Of a stretch of DNA of 64,000 nt, positions 41,721-53,599 are shown piece by piece. The notes beneath the pieces are model-generated. The model had not been told where the DNA came from. It saw nothing but the letters and a program-made list of their open reading frames with translations, and made no database searches. The translations under genes were made by a program, and so were the position numbers. The stretch spans positions 453,185,644-453,249,643 of the forward strand of contig NC_133619.1 of assembly GCF_048593235.1 (NCBI RefSeq), written 5' to 3'. The stretch's first letter is position 1, and each line of letters begins with the position of its first letter. The stretch is from Sminthopsis crassicaudata. Its lineage: Eukaryota.

Positions 41721-42050
41721 GTAAAGTACAAGTATAGATTTTGTTATCTGATGCTTAAAGCGCCATGTTATTTGGCATGTTACCTTGCCTGTATATGACC
41801 TGTATAATATCCCATTCTCATGCTGACCTCTATAGGGCCTGGCATGTTATTGAAGTAGTTTAGAGTTTGGCTTGATTTTCATAGAGACATTATAATGTAC
41901 TCCACTAAGTCACTGTAAGTCAGTACTTACTGGAAGAAGATTGAGAATAAATTGACAATGGCGTATCTGAAAAAGTTAAGATATTTAATCTAATTCCATT
42001 GGGAAGGAGGCGCGTAGATCTGTTTCACATATGAAACAGTTGAGTAGATA

Positions 42051-42060
42051 AAAATGGCGG
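42051..42060 (+). promoter_or_regulatory. YY1 consensus site
   Basis: AAAATGGCGG matches AANATGGCGG. Further ATGGCG/CGCCAT cores at 41708, 41761 and 41958. Confidence 0.4.
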
Positions 42061-42141
42061 GAACAGAGCTCCATGGTAGTCTCTTCATTTATTCCTCTTT
42101 TGTCTCCTTAAAACTAGTTTCTCGTTCCTGGATGGCAGGGG
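42054..42141 (+). CDS. Hypothetical alternative first coding exon of KCNH7 (PAS-less isoform)
   Basis: aaaATGG Kozak context and 29 open codons (MAGTELHGSLFIYSSFVSLKLVSRSWMAG) plus 1 nt. Donor GGG|gtatgg is phase 1, in frame with the exon at 48837. No transcript evidence available. Confidence 0.3.
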
Positions 42142-43552
42142 GTATGGTTTTAAGCTAAATGTAGTAGTAAAATGTGCATGCATCACATTCATTTCTTGAT
42201 ATTCAATATCACCTTTAAATAGTTTTTAATTGCATCCAAAATTAGTCTCAAATCACTGATAATAACTGGAAAAACAATAAGGTAAAAGCAACTCTGCCAT
42301 ACCTAGTGAATTTGGATTTGATTAAAAATTTGGAGTTTGTTTTTTTTTTCCATTTTTTATCATATCTCATTAGATACAAGGTGTCACAAAGATAATAATA
42401 GCATTGCTTATTGTCAAATTGAAAACTGTTTTGTCATTTTATCTGTGAGGTCATGCATGCAGCTAAATATTGTGAGTATTATAATAAGAAATCTTCCTTT
42501 GGTGCATGTGTGTTGCATGTGAAAAGTTTATAAAGTAGCCATTTCTGGTTTGCTGAAAAGTCACTATTTTGGCTTCTTGTGAATACCAGTGGCACTCTGT
42601 ACAGTGTACTTTTGTTTATTTTTCACTAGTATGCATTCAATGCTGGTCAAGTTTTTAGATAATAAGCACTGCAGATTGAAAACTGTACTACAAAAGGCTG
42701 ATTTTGAACAAATGGAAAATGTGACAGAATTCCCCCACTATGATTTTATCCAAAAACTTTAGAATTTGAACTGAAAGGATTACCTGAAATAGTGGGATAA
42801 TGTTTCAATCTCTATGGCAAATTCAATCCTCAGCCTATCCACCGTGACTGTCAACAAGGAAGCCAATTAGTGTCAATTAGGATAAGAGTTTTTTGCGACT
42901 ATGATTCAGGCATTACTCTGAAACCCACATTAAATACTGGCTAATAGGACTAACTTTTAGTGCCTGCCAACTTGGGCTATATTTAAACAAGTATCTCCTT
43001 TGCATTTTATTAATTAGCAATAAACTCCTGTTTCTCCTCAATAAAAAGAAACATAACTTCATTATTGTTTCAAGAATAAATATTTCAGATAGTCAATATG
43101 CACAGACTTCTATCATAATATTGTTTCTGTTTTCCAACTAATTTATTTTGTTCTTCAAATTTTTTTCAGTGTTACTTAATTTCATTCCCTATTTCAAATA
43201 AATTGGGCAGTTTCCCATATAGGTTTTGGCTCTCTTTTTCTTCAGTTGTATCATGTAAGAGATTTTTATTTAATTATTTTGTGAAAACATATTTTAATAA
43301 ATGTTTATCTTGAGATATGAAAAATTAATTGAAATATAAATATAAATTCAGGTTCTTATTATAGCCAATATTCATTGGATTGAATCATCATAGCATTAGT
43401 TTTTAAAAGTGCTTGGTAAGGTTTAAGGGGTTATTTAAATTTTCCCTGAAGTAGCTAGCTACAATTGTCCCTCATAGAAAAATTTGCAAAATAGGGTTTC
43501 TGGCTTCCCCAAAATGGATTTAAGAATTATGTAATTTAAAACAAGGTCTAAT

Positions 43553-43805
43553 AATAATTTTAAATGATGACATTTTCATAGTGCTTTGAGGATTACAAAG
43601 CATTTTTCAAATATAAACTCATTTTGTCTTCATAACAAACCTGAGAAGTAGGTGCTATTATTATCCCCATTTGACATATGAGGAAACTGAGGCAGAAAAA
43701 TCTTCAGTGACTTGCCTGTAGTCACACAACTAGTAGAGATCTGAGACTAGATTTCAACTCTAGTCTTCCTGACTCCATGTCCAGCACTATATCCTTCTGT
43801 TCAAC
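43553..43805 (-). mobile_element. MIR-like SINE
   Basis: ggtgctattattatccccattt...gaggaaactgaggcag...ctagtcttcctgactccatgtccagcact. Confidence 0.75.
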
Positions 43806-46189
43806 CTAATTATCTCAAATCAATTTTGATATTGATACATTAATAAAACCCAGAAGTGTGACAATATTATTTAAAAAGCTAGTGTCATAAAGAAACTTTA
43901 TTCACTGGCAACAATCAGGGAAGGGCTTGGAAGAATTCCAGGTTAATTTTATTTGTTTCTATCCAGGCAATACACCTGGCATATATATGCAAAACACCAT
44001 GAAGGGGTTGTTTATACTTTTTTTTATTTATTAAAGCTATCTAAAGAAAATTACTCCATTGTCTTCTGCAGCTTGTTAGAGTCTCTTTTGAGCCACAAAA
44101 CTAACCTAAGTTCTTTTTGCTGGAATTTAATTTCCTTTCCTCTTAGTGTATCTTCAATGTACTCAAATACTAGGTGGTCATTACTACTTACTATAATAGT
44201 CCTTTAATTTAAATACAATTATTAAATCAGTGCTCAACCTTTGTTTCTAAAATTAATTCATTCCAACAACTTTTTTCTCATAAAATCTATTCGTTTTCTT
44301 TAATAAACTGAAATGTTTGATGTTATCATTCCCTCAAAATTAACTTGCCATAATCTATAAAGATTTCACCATTCTCAAAACAAATGGAAGGATTATTTCA
44401 TTAATTTTGAATATAACTATATAGACATTATATTCATTTTTGGAACATATCACAGGCTATTCAACTTCTAATCCTGTTTGAATTATTCATTTCCTTCTAT
44501 GTAATGCATCATCAATGCTCATGTTGACTATTTGTTATTTGAATCACTGATAAAATATCTGATCTGAAAGTTTTTATAATTGAACCACTGCTAACCTTTG
44601 AAGCCATTATTCTTAATTGTTATGCAGTGTCTAATAGTGGAATAGCCATTTACCAAACTTGTCTAAATCTCCAATACAGAACAAAAACAAAAGGCATATC
44701 ATTTGTTATTACAATTTTCACTTTTTCTAAGAATAGCATGGCTATCCTCAGTAGAAACAGGTTGATTTAGATTTTTCTCAAAGGCTGCTAGCTACTTGCA
44801 AATTGATGACTTAGGCTCTTCAATATCTCATCAGTTTACATACACTTCATATTAGCCACTATATACATTGAATAAAATTCAATCAAAATTACATAGCAAT
44901 TTCTTCCAGGCTCTTTCCAAGTGTTACCCTGATTGGTATGTGTGCTTATAAGTGTTCTTTCTCCATAATTTTTAAGAAGGGCCCTATTTCTATTTTTCTA
45001 ATACTAAGGCTGTCCAATTAAATAATGCTGTGATAACTTCAGAAAAAAAACCCCTACATTCCCAATATGACTCATCCTTAAACGTGATGATTTGAATAGT
45101 TGTTCTAGTTTAACTTATTTCTATCCCACCACCATGCACAGCCTTTGATTCTGATTATAGCTTATTTCTTAAGGAAAAAAAATATTTTAAAGAAACACTA
45201 TGTCCTCAGCTATGTTTCCTTTCTTATAGAACGAGGATATCATTTTTAGTCTTCCTTCAATATCTGGTAAATCTAAGTAGCATTTTATTTTAAATAGCCT
45301 TAAGTAAAATATCCTTTTAGGTTTTTTTTTTCTCTAAACCTTTATATTTGGTTTCTCTAAGTGTATCATGGATTTTTTATTCAAACCCTTGAACCTGGTC
45401 AGTTTTATACTTCATCAGACATTTGTGCAATATTTCAAACCTTCATTCAGCTATTGGATATTTTTTAATTAAGTTTCTTGTTTTCCAACATCTAATATAT
45501 TAGGCAATTGTTTCTCTAAATATTTCTCTAAATAATATTAGACTCTGATATTCCTTTGTCTTTTTAGTATGTACTCATCTTTCTTTTGCCCTAGGTTGGT
45601 AGGAGTTCATTTTTTTTAAATTCATCCCCTCAGCTACTCAGGTTACTCTCCTTTCTTTCATTATCATCCAGTCCTCTGAGGTCTTGATTCTGAGGTACTT
45701 GATTACTCTGAGGTCTTGTGGTAAGACTGCCTTTCACCTTTCATTACCCAATCATGTCATTTCTGAAAACAGAATTAGGAAGTAGGAAGCTCTGACTTCT
45801 GATTTCCAGCTTTTGAATTCAGTTGCTTTGTGGCCACATGATTTTTGCATCAGATTCCTCACATCTTAAATGAGGATTATAAAGTTACCCAGGATCTTAT
45901 TGGGGAAATTAATTAATGTTTTTAAAAAGTTTTAAAGCTACATAATCTTTAAGCCAGTTCATTTCTTTTTGTAGGTTTTCAAAAACTTTGAAATATCCAC
46001 ATTTGAATGCAAAATTAATTTTTAAGTAAGCATATAGTGTGAAGTATTAAATGAAATTTTGGTTTATAGAAAATGTCTTTATTTGATATGAGGTCCTACA
46101 AATCTCTTTAACTCAAGAATTTTTTAAGTACAGACAACAAGTTTAATATCTTAATATTTTAGCAATATTAAAATCCATTTTCTATATCT

Positions 46190-46380
46190 GAATTTTTGAA
46201 TTTGGGTTCTGTGGATAGATTTTGGAGGTTCATGGATTTAAAAAGAAGTAAAACCATTGTTTTCACTTATCTCTCATCATTTCCTTCAATTACTTAAAAA
46301 CATTGTCCATAAGAGTATATCAGCTTCCCCAGACTGCCAAAGAGGTCCATCACACACTCAAAAAAGTCAAAGAATCCTTA
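46190..46380 (+). mobile_element. hAT-Charlie-like MITE remnant
   Basis: ctgtggatagattttggaggttcatgga...cttccccagactgccaaagaggtccat...aagaatcc; a related fragment lies at about 15885-16030. Confidence 0.45.
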
Positions 46381-48836
46381 CTATAACTTTAGATGAACAA
46401 ATTAAATATATGTGACAATTGCCAGGAATCTGTATGTGAGATGCTAAGAATAAAATCTATAATGACTAAAAGAATTTATTAATGAGGAAAAGATCTCTTC
46501 CATAAATAAGCCAAACCACCTTTAGCATAAAAGACATAGATTAGAAAAAAACATATGTCTGAGAAATAAAAAAATAACAAAGTTCAGCCCCCTTTTTCAC
46601 ATATATATATTTCAATTGTGATAGAAACAAAGTGAAAAGATTGACAGTGCCATGCTCCTTTTTATCCATCACACATTATGAGACAATTCTATCTATATAG
46701 CACTATCTTGATTCACATGTATAAGAACTAGACAATGTGACAACTAAAGTTACAAACATTATATCAAAAAATTTCAAGCTATTTAGTAAAAAGAGAACAT
46801 TTTCTTGGACCATCCACCTTGCCATAAAGCCTGGTCCAGATCCTTATCAGTAGCCAAAATTTTCTTTTGCTATAGACTAGAAGTTTGAGGGACTAGAAGA
46901 GATTAGCCACAAAGAAAAAAATATTATAAAAGCCACAAATGTCACAACTTGGGTCAATAGAAGTTGTCACTGTTCTTGAATTTGACCTTACAAAACTAAC
47001 AAAAATACATACATACATTTATATACACATAAATATGTAAATTGAAATAAATTGGTGCTATGTAATGGGGACTTCTCTAACGACCATAAATGAGATTACT
47101 GTCTGAAGCTTGTCACAAGAATAGATTAATTTGAGGCCATTTCTCCTCCTATTACAATCCTTGTCACATGAATGGAAATGAAAATCAGAATCTATATGCA
47201 AATTAGAACATTCTAGGCAATATATACCAGGATATTGCAATGGAATACATCATGGTGACAGACCTGACTGTCACCATGAATGAAATTCAGTAAGTGAAGA
47301 GATGCAACTAAGAAGAAACACACTGCTTTATTTTAATAAACAGCTATTCTGTTAAAATTACCTAGATCTTTCATAGTAAGCTTAATATCTTGTGATTTCC
47401 TCTGAGTTTAGTTATAAACACATCCTTTATGTAGGCTTATAACTTATAGGTAGGTTTTTTTTTTATTTTTTACAGACATCAATACAGAATTGATTGTTCA
47501 TTGTGATATATAGTACTTGCTCTGCAAATCAAAAACTAAAGTCTTTATACTATTACCTACATGCCTAATGTATGTAAAATGCATTAAAATTCCCCAAGTT
47601 CTAACATAATTCTGAAAGGAAAAGCTAGTAACATAAATTAAGATATTCAGGCTCAGAATTATTTTCAGATATATAGTTACATTGTTGAATCCTATATACC
47701 AATGAGACATTACTCTTGAATAATCCTTCTTCCTATTTGCTATTAGAAAAAAAAATTAACAATGGACAAAGAGAGTTACCTTTTGCATCAGAAAACCTTG
47801 GTTATGCAGCAGAGGATGTAGAAAAAAAAAAGGAAAAGTATATCTAGACACACTTGAAAGGAGGAAATAAGTGAGTAATGAGCTAAGGTTCTCAAACACA
47901 TCTCAGTGCACTGGGAGGATAAGAGAGATGGTGTATGTGGTACTCACCTCAAACATTTCCTCCAAAGTTATAACATCTAATCTTCAAGATAAGAAGTTAA
48001 GGATGGTGGCAGTGTCTATCTAGTTTTCTTAGATGCATGGCTCCTCAAGAAGTTTCAATGTTAAGTCCAGATAGAGCCATAACAAAAAGGGAAGAAAAGA
48101 AAATTCTACACAAAAACTAGATTTCTCCACTATGAGGACACCAATTATTCCACATACTCCCCATCATCTACTTCATCTATAGTGAACCCAAACTCTTTGC
48201 TCTTGGCTATTTTGAGCTTGCCCATCCATTGTAGGATTATATATGCTTGTTAGAAGCACTTTGAAGCCTTGATCTATGGAGAGCTGAAAATATATAAAGT
48301 GGTTAGCCAGCTTATTATTTCTCCTTAGACTCTGATTGGGGAGTTACATCAAACAAGCATCTAGAGCACAAAGGTCATAGGATAATAAGAGGAAAGGAAT
48401 ACAAATCTGGCCTGGAGCATGTCTGAAATTTCCATACTCGGTATATTTTCTCCAAAAGCAAATTCTTCCTTGATTCATATCCATGATATGAATGAATTAT
48501 AATGAGAGATTCAGAAGAATATTTGAATTCAGAATTTGACCAATAACAGCCAATTGGATTTTTCTATTTTATTTCGATCATGAACAAGAAGAAGGAGCTA
48601 AATCTGCCATCTATTATCTAGATCCAGGGCCAGGGCCAAATTCTTGTCCCTGGTATATGCAATATCCAGGATGGCAAAAAATGACCCAAAACCCTATATC
48701 TGGGTAATGTCATTAAATTTAATCTTATGTGAGTTAATTATCTATATGATATAGCTAAATAGTGTTTAGAACTATTCATTTCTTCTATTCTGTCCTAATA
48801 TTATCTACTATATATAAATGCTTTCTGATTTTTTAG

Positions 48837-49051
48837 GGCCTTTTAATCATATCAAGTCAAGTCTACTGGGCTCCACATCTGATTCAAATCTCAACAAATA
48901 CAGCACCATCAACAAGATTCCTCAGCTCACTTTGAATTTTTCAGATGTCAAAACTGAAAAAAAGAACACATCCCCTCCTTCTTCTGAGAAAACAATTATT
49001 GCACCCAAGGTTAAAGATCGAACACACAATGTAACAGAGAAAGTCACCCAG
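48837..49051 (+). CDS. KCNH7: KCNH7 coding exon (exon 6 by homology), last exon before the S1 region
   Basis: Acceptor ctttctgattttttag|GG and donor CCCAG|gtaggt; 215 nt, phase 1/0. Translates (G)[71 protein letters not shown], carrying the ERG-family signature [11 protein letters not shown]. Confidence 0.97.
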
Positions 49052-49699
49052 GTAGGTATACTTTATAACCAACTTCCATTGAGTATTTTGTTCTTTCTTT
49101 TTGTGCATTGCTTTGTTATATGTGGAATACATTTCTCTCTAACATAATCAGGATCAGCAGCAAATGCTTACCTTTTATCTATACTCCCATTTATCCCAAT
49201 ATACTTTATAGTCTTTTTTACATCACAAAAATTATTCTGGATAGTGAAAGTTGATGGTTTATGAAATTTAGCCAAAATGGGTTAAATAGAAATTATCTGG
49301 AGGCATTTTAATTTGCTTTGTTGTAGTTAATATGGTTTTTATCAAGCTTTGATATTTGTTGTTTTATTCCCAACTATCCTAATGAAGGATTCTGTTTTTA
49401 ATGTTATAAATTCTTCTACAAAAATCCTAGCTAACTAATTAAACAATTGTTTTGGAACAAATCAATTATTCCTTGGTGCAGTAAGCCCCCTGGGCAGGGA
49501 ACTTCTGCTAATGCAGATAGGCAATATATTTGGGACTTGTAATCTTAAAGTTTCCTGAGTCACTGAAAAGTTAAATTATATCCCCTGAGACACAGTCAAC
49601 ACATATCGGGGAGGGTTTGAACTCAACTGCTCCTGATTTTTAGGCCACTCTCTATTCATCCACATTCATCTATTTTCTCCACAATGGCTCTCAAATGGA

Positions 49700-49810
49700 G
49701 ACACACATACATATGTGTGTATATGTGTGTATGTGTATATGTACACAGATATAAGTATACATATGCATATATGGATATGTATGCATATATATCTGCACAT
49801 ATATATATAT
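49700..49810. repeat. (TG)n/(TA)n microsatellite
   Basis: Direct reading. Confidence 0.85.
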
Positions 49811-51606
49811 TGCTTTTTGCTATTGTATCTAACATTATGGATAGTCAGACTTCATTAATTCAGAATAAGTCAGATAATTTAGTAAAAAAAAATTAAATAT
49901 TTCTTTTAAAATAGAGTTCTATAATTTCTAAGTACCTAGAGTCACGTGAACTAGGTGTAAAGGAGATCATAGGGCTATTTATAGAGTTCAAAAAATAAAA
50001 TAAGTGCTTTGAAATTATTCTATCACTATGTAAATGTTAGCTATTATTAATTAACTCTTAGATTTCTACTGTAAAGTCATGTGAAATAACTGGGCCACAT
50101 TTTTTAGGGCCCATATATAACTAGTGAGTGCCTGAATGTATACAGAATATATATAGACCTAAAGGAATTTAAGATTAGAAAGAACTCATCTTTTTTTTCA
50201 GTTATTAGACTTTTCTTGCCCTTGTCAAAAATTCCTAAGGGTATTTTGCATATATATGTATACATATGTATACATATATATAAAGAGTGTTATTTTACCA
50301 TAAGGGTATTATTTATTTGATGTGTTTAATAATTATTACTTCACTGTGTATCCCTGGGAAAGTCACTTAATCCAAATTGCCTCATCCCCCCAAAAAAAAT
50401 AATTATTATTCCTTCAAATGTGTTTGTCTTTGTTTTCTTATTACATAAATATTGCAATTCCTTTAAAAACCTTAAAGATCTATTAATAGGATTTGTGATG
50501 AATTTTAAATGTTACCAAACTACAAACAATGGAACAGAAAATAAGAGAAAAGAGATCATTTAAAGGAAAAAAGAATGGAAGAAATACTACAGGGTATTTA
50601 CAAAGTAAAGCAAGAACAAATCTATAAAGCAACAATTTCTACATTTAATGCACTCTATCCATTTCCTTAATGTTTCTTCAGTGAAAGAGAAGTTCTTCAT
50701 GGTATTTAGAAATTATCCAATTAACCATGTCATTTTACAAATGATTAAACTAAAGATCAGTGAAGTTATATGACTTTTCTAAGTTCACACAGGCTATAAG
50801 TGGTAAAGTCATCATTTGAACCCAGATCCTTTGACTTCAATTTCAGTTTTCTTCCCTTAATATTGCATCCATGTCATTCTCTTGGGACCCATGTTCTAGA
50901 AATTCTTATCTTACATTTAAATCTTACATTTACATGGTTCATTTTATCTTCTTTGAGGGTGCAATAACAATCATTTTCTAACTATTGTATAGCATTAATT
51001 TTTCTTTTACAAAAATTTCTTATTTGAACATCAAACTTATGAGGTAGTCAAAACAAAGATCATTATTCCCATTTCATTCATGAGGAAAGTGAAATTGAGT
51101 TTGAGAAGCCTGTCCATGAGTTTCAGATCTAGCAAGTGTCAAAACAGCCTGAAGTCTATTTCCTGATATAGGAACCTGGATTCTCAATTTATTCATCTAT
51201 GAAATGAAAGTTTCAGACCTGAAAGGTTCTAAGAACTCTTCTCTAGATTTATGATTCTGTGAAGCTATTTTTCTGCTATGTTGAAGCTGATACACAGTGA
51301 CATTTAATTTCATTCATATACCTCTGCATAAAAAGATCCTTAGTTGTCTTTTTTTTTCACTCTGATGTTCAGAAGAACCAAAACATATGGGAAGAAAGAG
51401 TTGAAAGAATGAAAAAAGCTACTTTTTTTTTTGCTATCCACTAGGTGCTGAAGTTCCTCAGTGGAGGAAAGAATCCCCAACTATAGCTACCTCACCAGGG
51501 ATGGCACAACAAAGCAAAAAGCAAATTAAATAGCTGCATGAACTCCTGAATTTCTGAGGCTGGTTCATTTCTAGTCAACGGCATAGGAGCATTATAGAGT
51601 TATAGT

Positions 51607-51805
51607 TAGAGGTTTGCTGGTAAATATTTAATATTGGCTCCTGGGATGCAAGGTGTGCATAGAATACACTTTCAAATTTAATCTGAATTATTAAACTTTT
51701 CTCCATCACTTTCTTAAGTCCAGACAATAAACAAGACAACAAATCAATCCCTCATTTGTACCATTTACCAATTTCCATGACTAACATCGAACATTTAACA
51801 ATCAG
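51607..51805 (-). mobile_element. MER63-like hAT remnant
   Basis: tgctggtaaatatttaa...ttctccatcactttcttaagtccagacaat...aaatcaatccctcatttgt is the reverse complement of the MER63 pattern. Confidence 0.6.
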
Positions 51806-52967
51806 GTCAAGTCTATAAGATCTAGTACTATCACAACTCTTCCTATAGTGCTTTTTTTTTTCAGTTTTTATGTTTAGATTACATAAATAATTATGCAATT
51901 ATATAATAATATTACAAACTATGCTTTTAAATGTTGCCTTTACTGATACTATTTATGCCCTAGTCTTTCTATAACACTAGATTATATCTATGGTAAATTA
52001 TAAAGTGTAAAAGTATGTGAGACTGGAATTTAGGTGTGTGGGAACCTTGAAATGTATGACAAGAACTTTTTAGTGTTAACAGATAGTTGTTACCTCCTAG
52101 TGGTTTCTATCTGGTGAAAATTCATCTGTCTTGCTACAGAAAGTATAATAGAATGGATTTTTTAAAAAGTTTTGATCCAAAAGTTTATTTTCTCATTTAC
52201 AAATCTGAGTTTTGTAATAAAAAGCAATTATGTATTGGGAATTTACTTCTCCATTTCATAACCACTCTGCAGGAGATCTGAGCCAATAACCTAAGTTAGA
52301 AGGTCTAACAGAAGGATTGGATGTCACTACCCACCATGACTAGTATGCTAATGCTCTACTGATATAGAATTGCCTTTGAAAGTAAAAAGAGATAAGGTCA
52401 TGGCCCACCTCATATATTTTGGCTATATGATCCTGAGCCAAGTCACTTAAGTTATCAGAGTTTCAGGGAAAAGTAAAAGAACATAACTTCAAAAGAAAGT
52501 GTCAGAGTCCTTTGTTTGAAGGAATCATTCAGATTAAGTCATTTGATTAAATCACAGCTCCAGGTTCTCTCCTATCTTTTTGTGATTATAAAATATCAGT
52601 ATCTATGTATCTAATAAACATACAACATACAAAATGCAAGGTCAATAAACATAAAATTTAAAATATATACACAGTCCACTTGGTGATTACTTACTTATGA
52701 CAAGTTACTCATGTCTCTTTAACACTCCCTCCTGAATTGAAATTCAGAATTATGTCCTATTCATCATTGCTATTTTTCTATTTCCTAGTACAGTTTGCTA
52801 CATAGATAATTAAATGTTTATTGAACAAATGAATCAACCAATGAGTGATTTGTGATGGATAAAAAATTCATACAAAGTACAATAAGACATAATTATAGAT
52901 AAAGATTATCAATAGTTAGGAATGAAACATTATTATTAATTGAGAGAGAATAAGACAGAGGCATAGA

Positions 52968-53097
52968 AGCAGCTAGTTGATGTAGTGGATAGAACAGCAG
53001 CCCTGAAGTTAGGAGGACCTGAGTAAAAATTTTACCTCAGTCACTTAACACTTCTGGCTGTGTGACCCTTGGCAAGTAACTTAGCCCCAATTGCCTA
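52968..53097 (+). mobile_element. Short SINE (WSINE1-like)
   Basis: gcagctagttgatgtagtggatagaacagcagccctgaagttaggaggacctgag...gtgtgacccttggcaagtaacttagccccaattgcc. Confidence 0.8.
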
Positions 53098-53191
53098 GGG
53101 GGGAAAAAAAACTGAAGCATATAAATAAAAAATTAGGGTATCATCATAAACATTATCACAATTATAAGTAATACATATTTATGAAATAACA

Positions 53192-53368
53192 CTAAACTTC
53201 TTCAACTCTGGGTTGCAACCCCATATGGGGTCATGACACTGAATGTGGTCATGAAATTATGATTTATTATCAGTAAATGTTTGATTTGTGTATCTATATA
53301 CCCAAGATCAAGTAAAAATTTCTTGAATTAAAAAGGGATCACAAGTGGAAAAAGTTTAAGAAGCCCTG
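53192..53368 (+). mobile_element. Short copy of the same hAT-like element
   Basis: Ends aagtttaagaagccctg; internal cagtaaatgtttgatttgt shared with the 25.7-26.3 kb copy. Confidence 0.6.
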
Positions 53369-53599
53369 GTATAAGACAAGGGACTCTGACCTTAAGAAGT
53401 TTATAATCTCATTGGGAAGAAGATTACATGCATTAAAAAGTAATAATAATAAAGATCCATACAAAGTAGCATATGATAGATGCCAAATAACTGGTATATA
53501 TGATAATTTATAGTAGAACATATAAAAAGGACCTTACTCATCTTCCTACAAGACTCAATAGAGGTCGAATTTGACTATTAGAATTATTAAAAAGGTTGA

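Larger units (their letters stand above)
41775..42519 (+). promoter_or_regulatory. Cluster of RBFOX-type (T)GCATG elements downstream of the microexon
   Basis: GCATG at 41775 and 41842; TGCATG at 42175, 42454, 42503 and 42514. Confidence 0.55.

Noticed and set aside
45676-45717. Short imperfect tandem tctgaggt(a)cttga x3
   Set aside because: Ordinary slippage duplication with no further structure.
49052-49147. ORF 48818..49147 extension VGILYNQ... and the Met at 48818
   Set aside because: Intronic read-through on both sides of a canonical exon.
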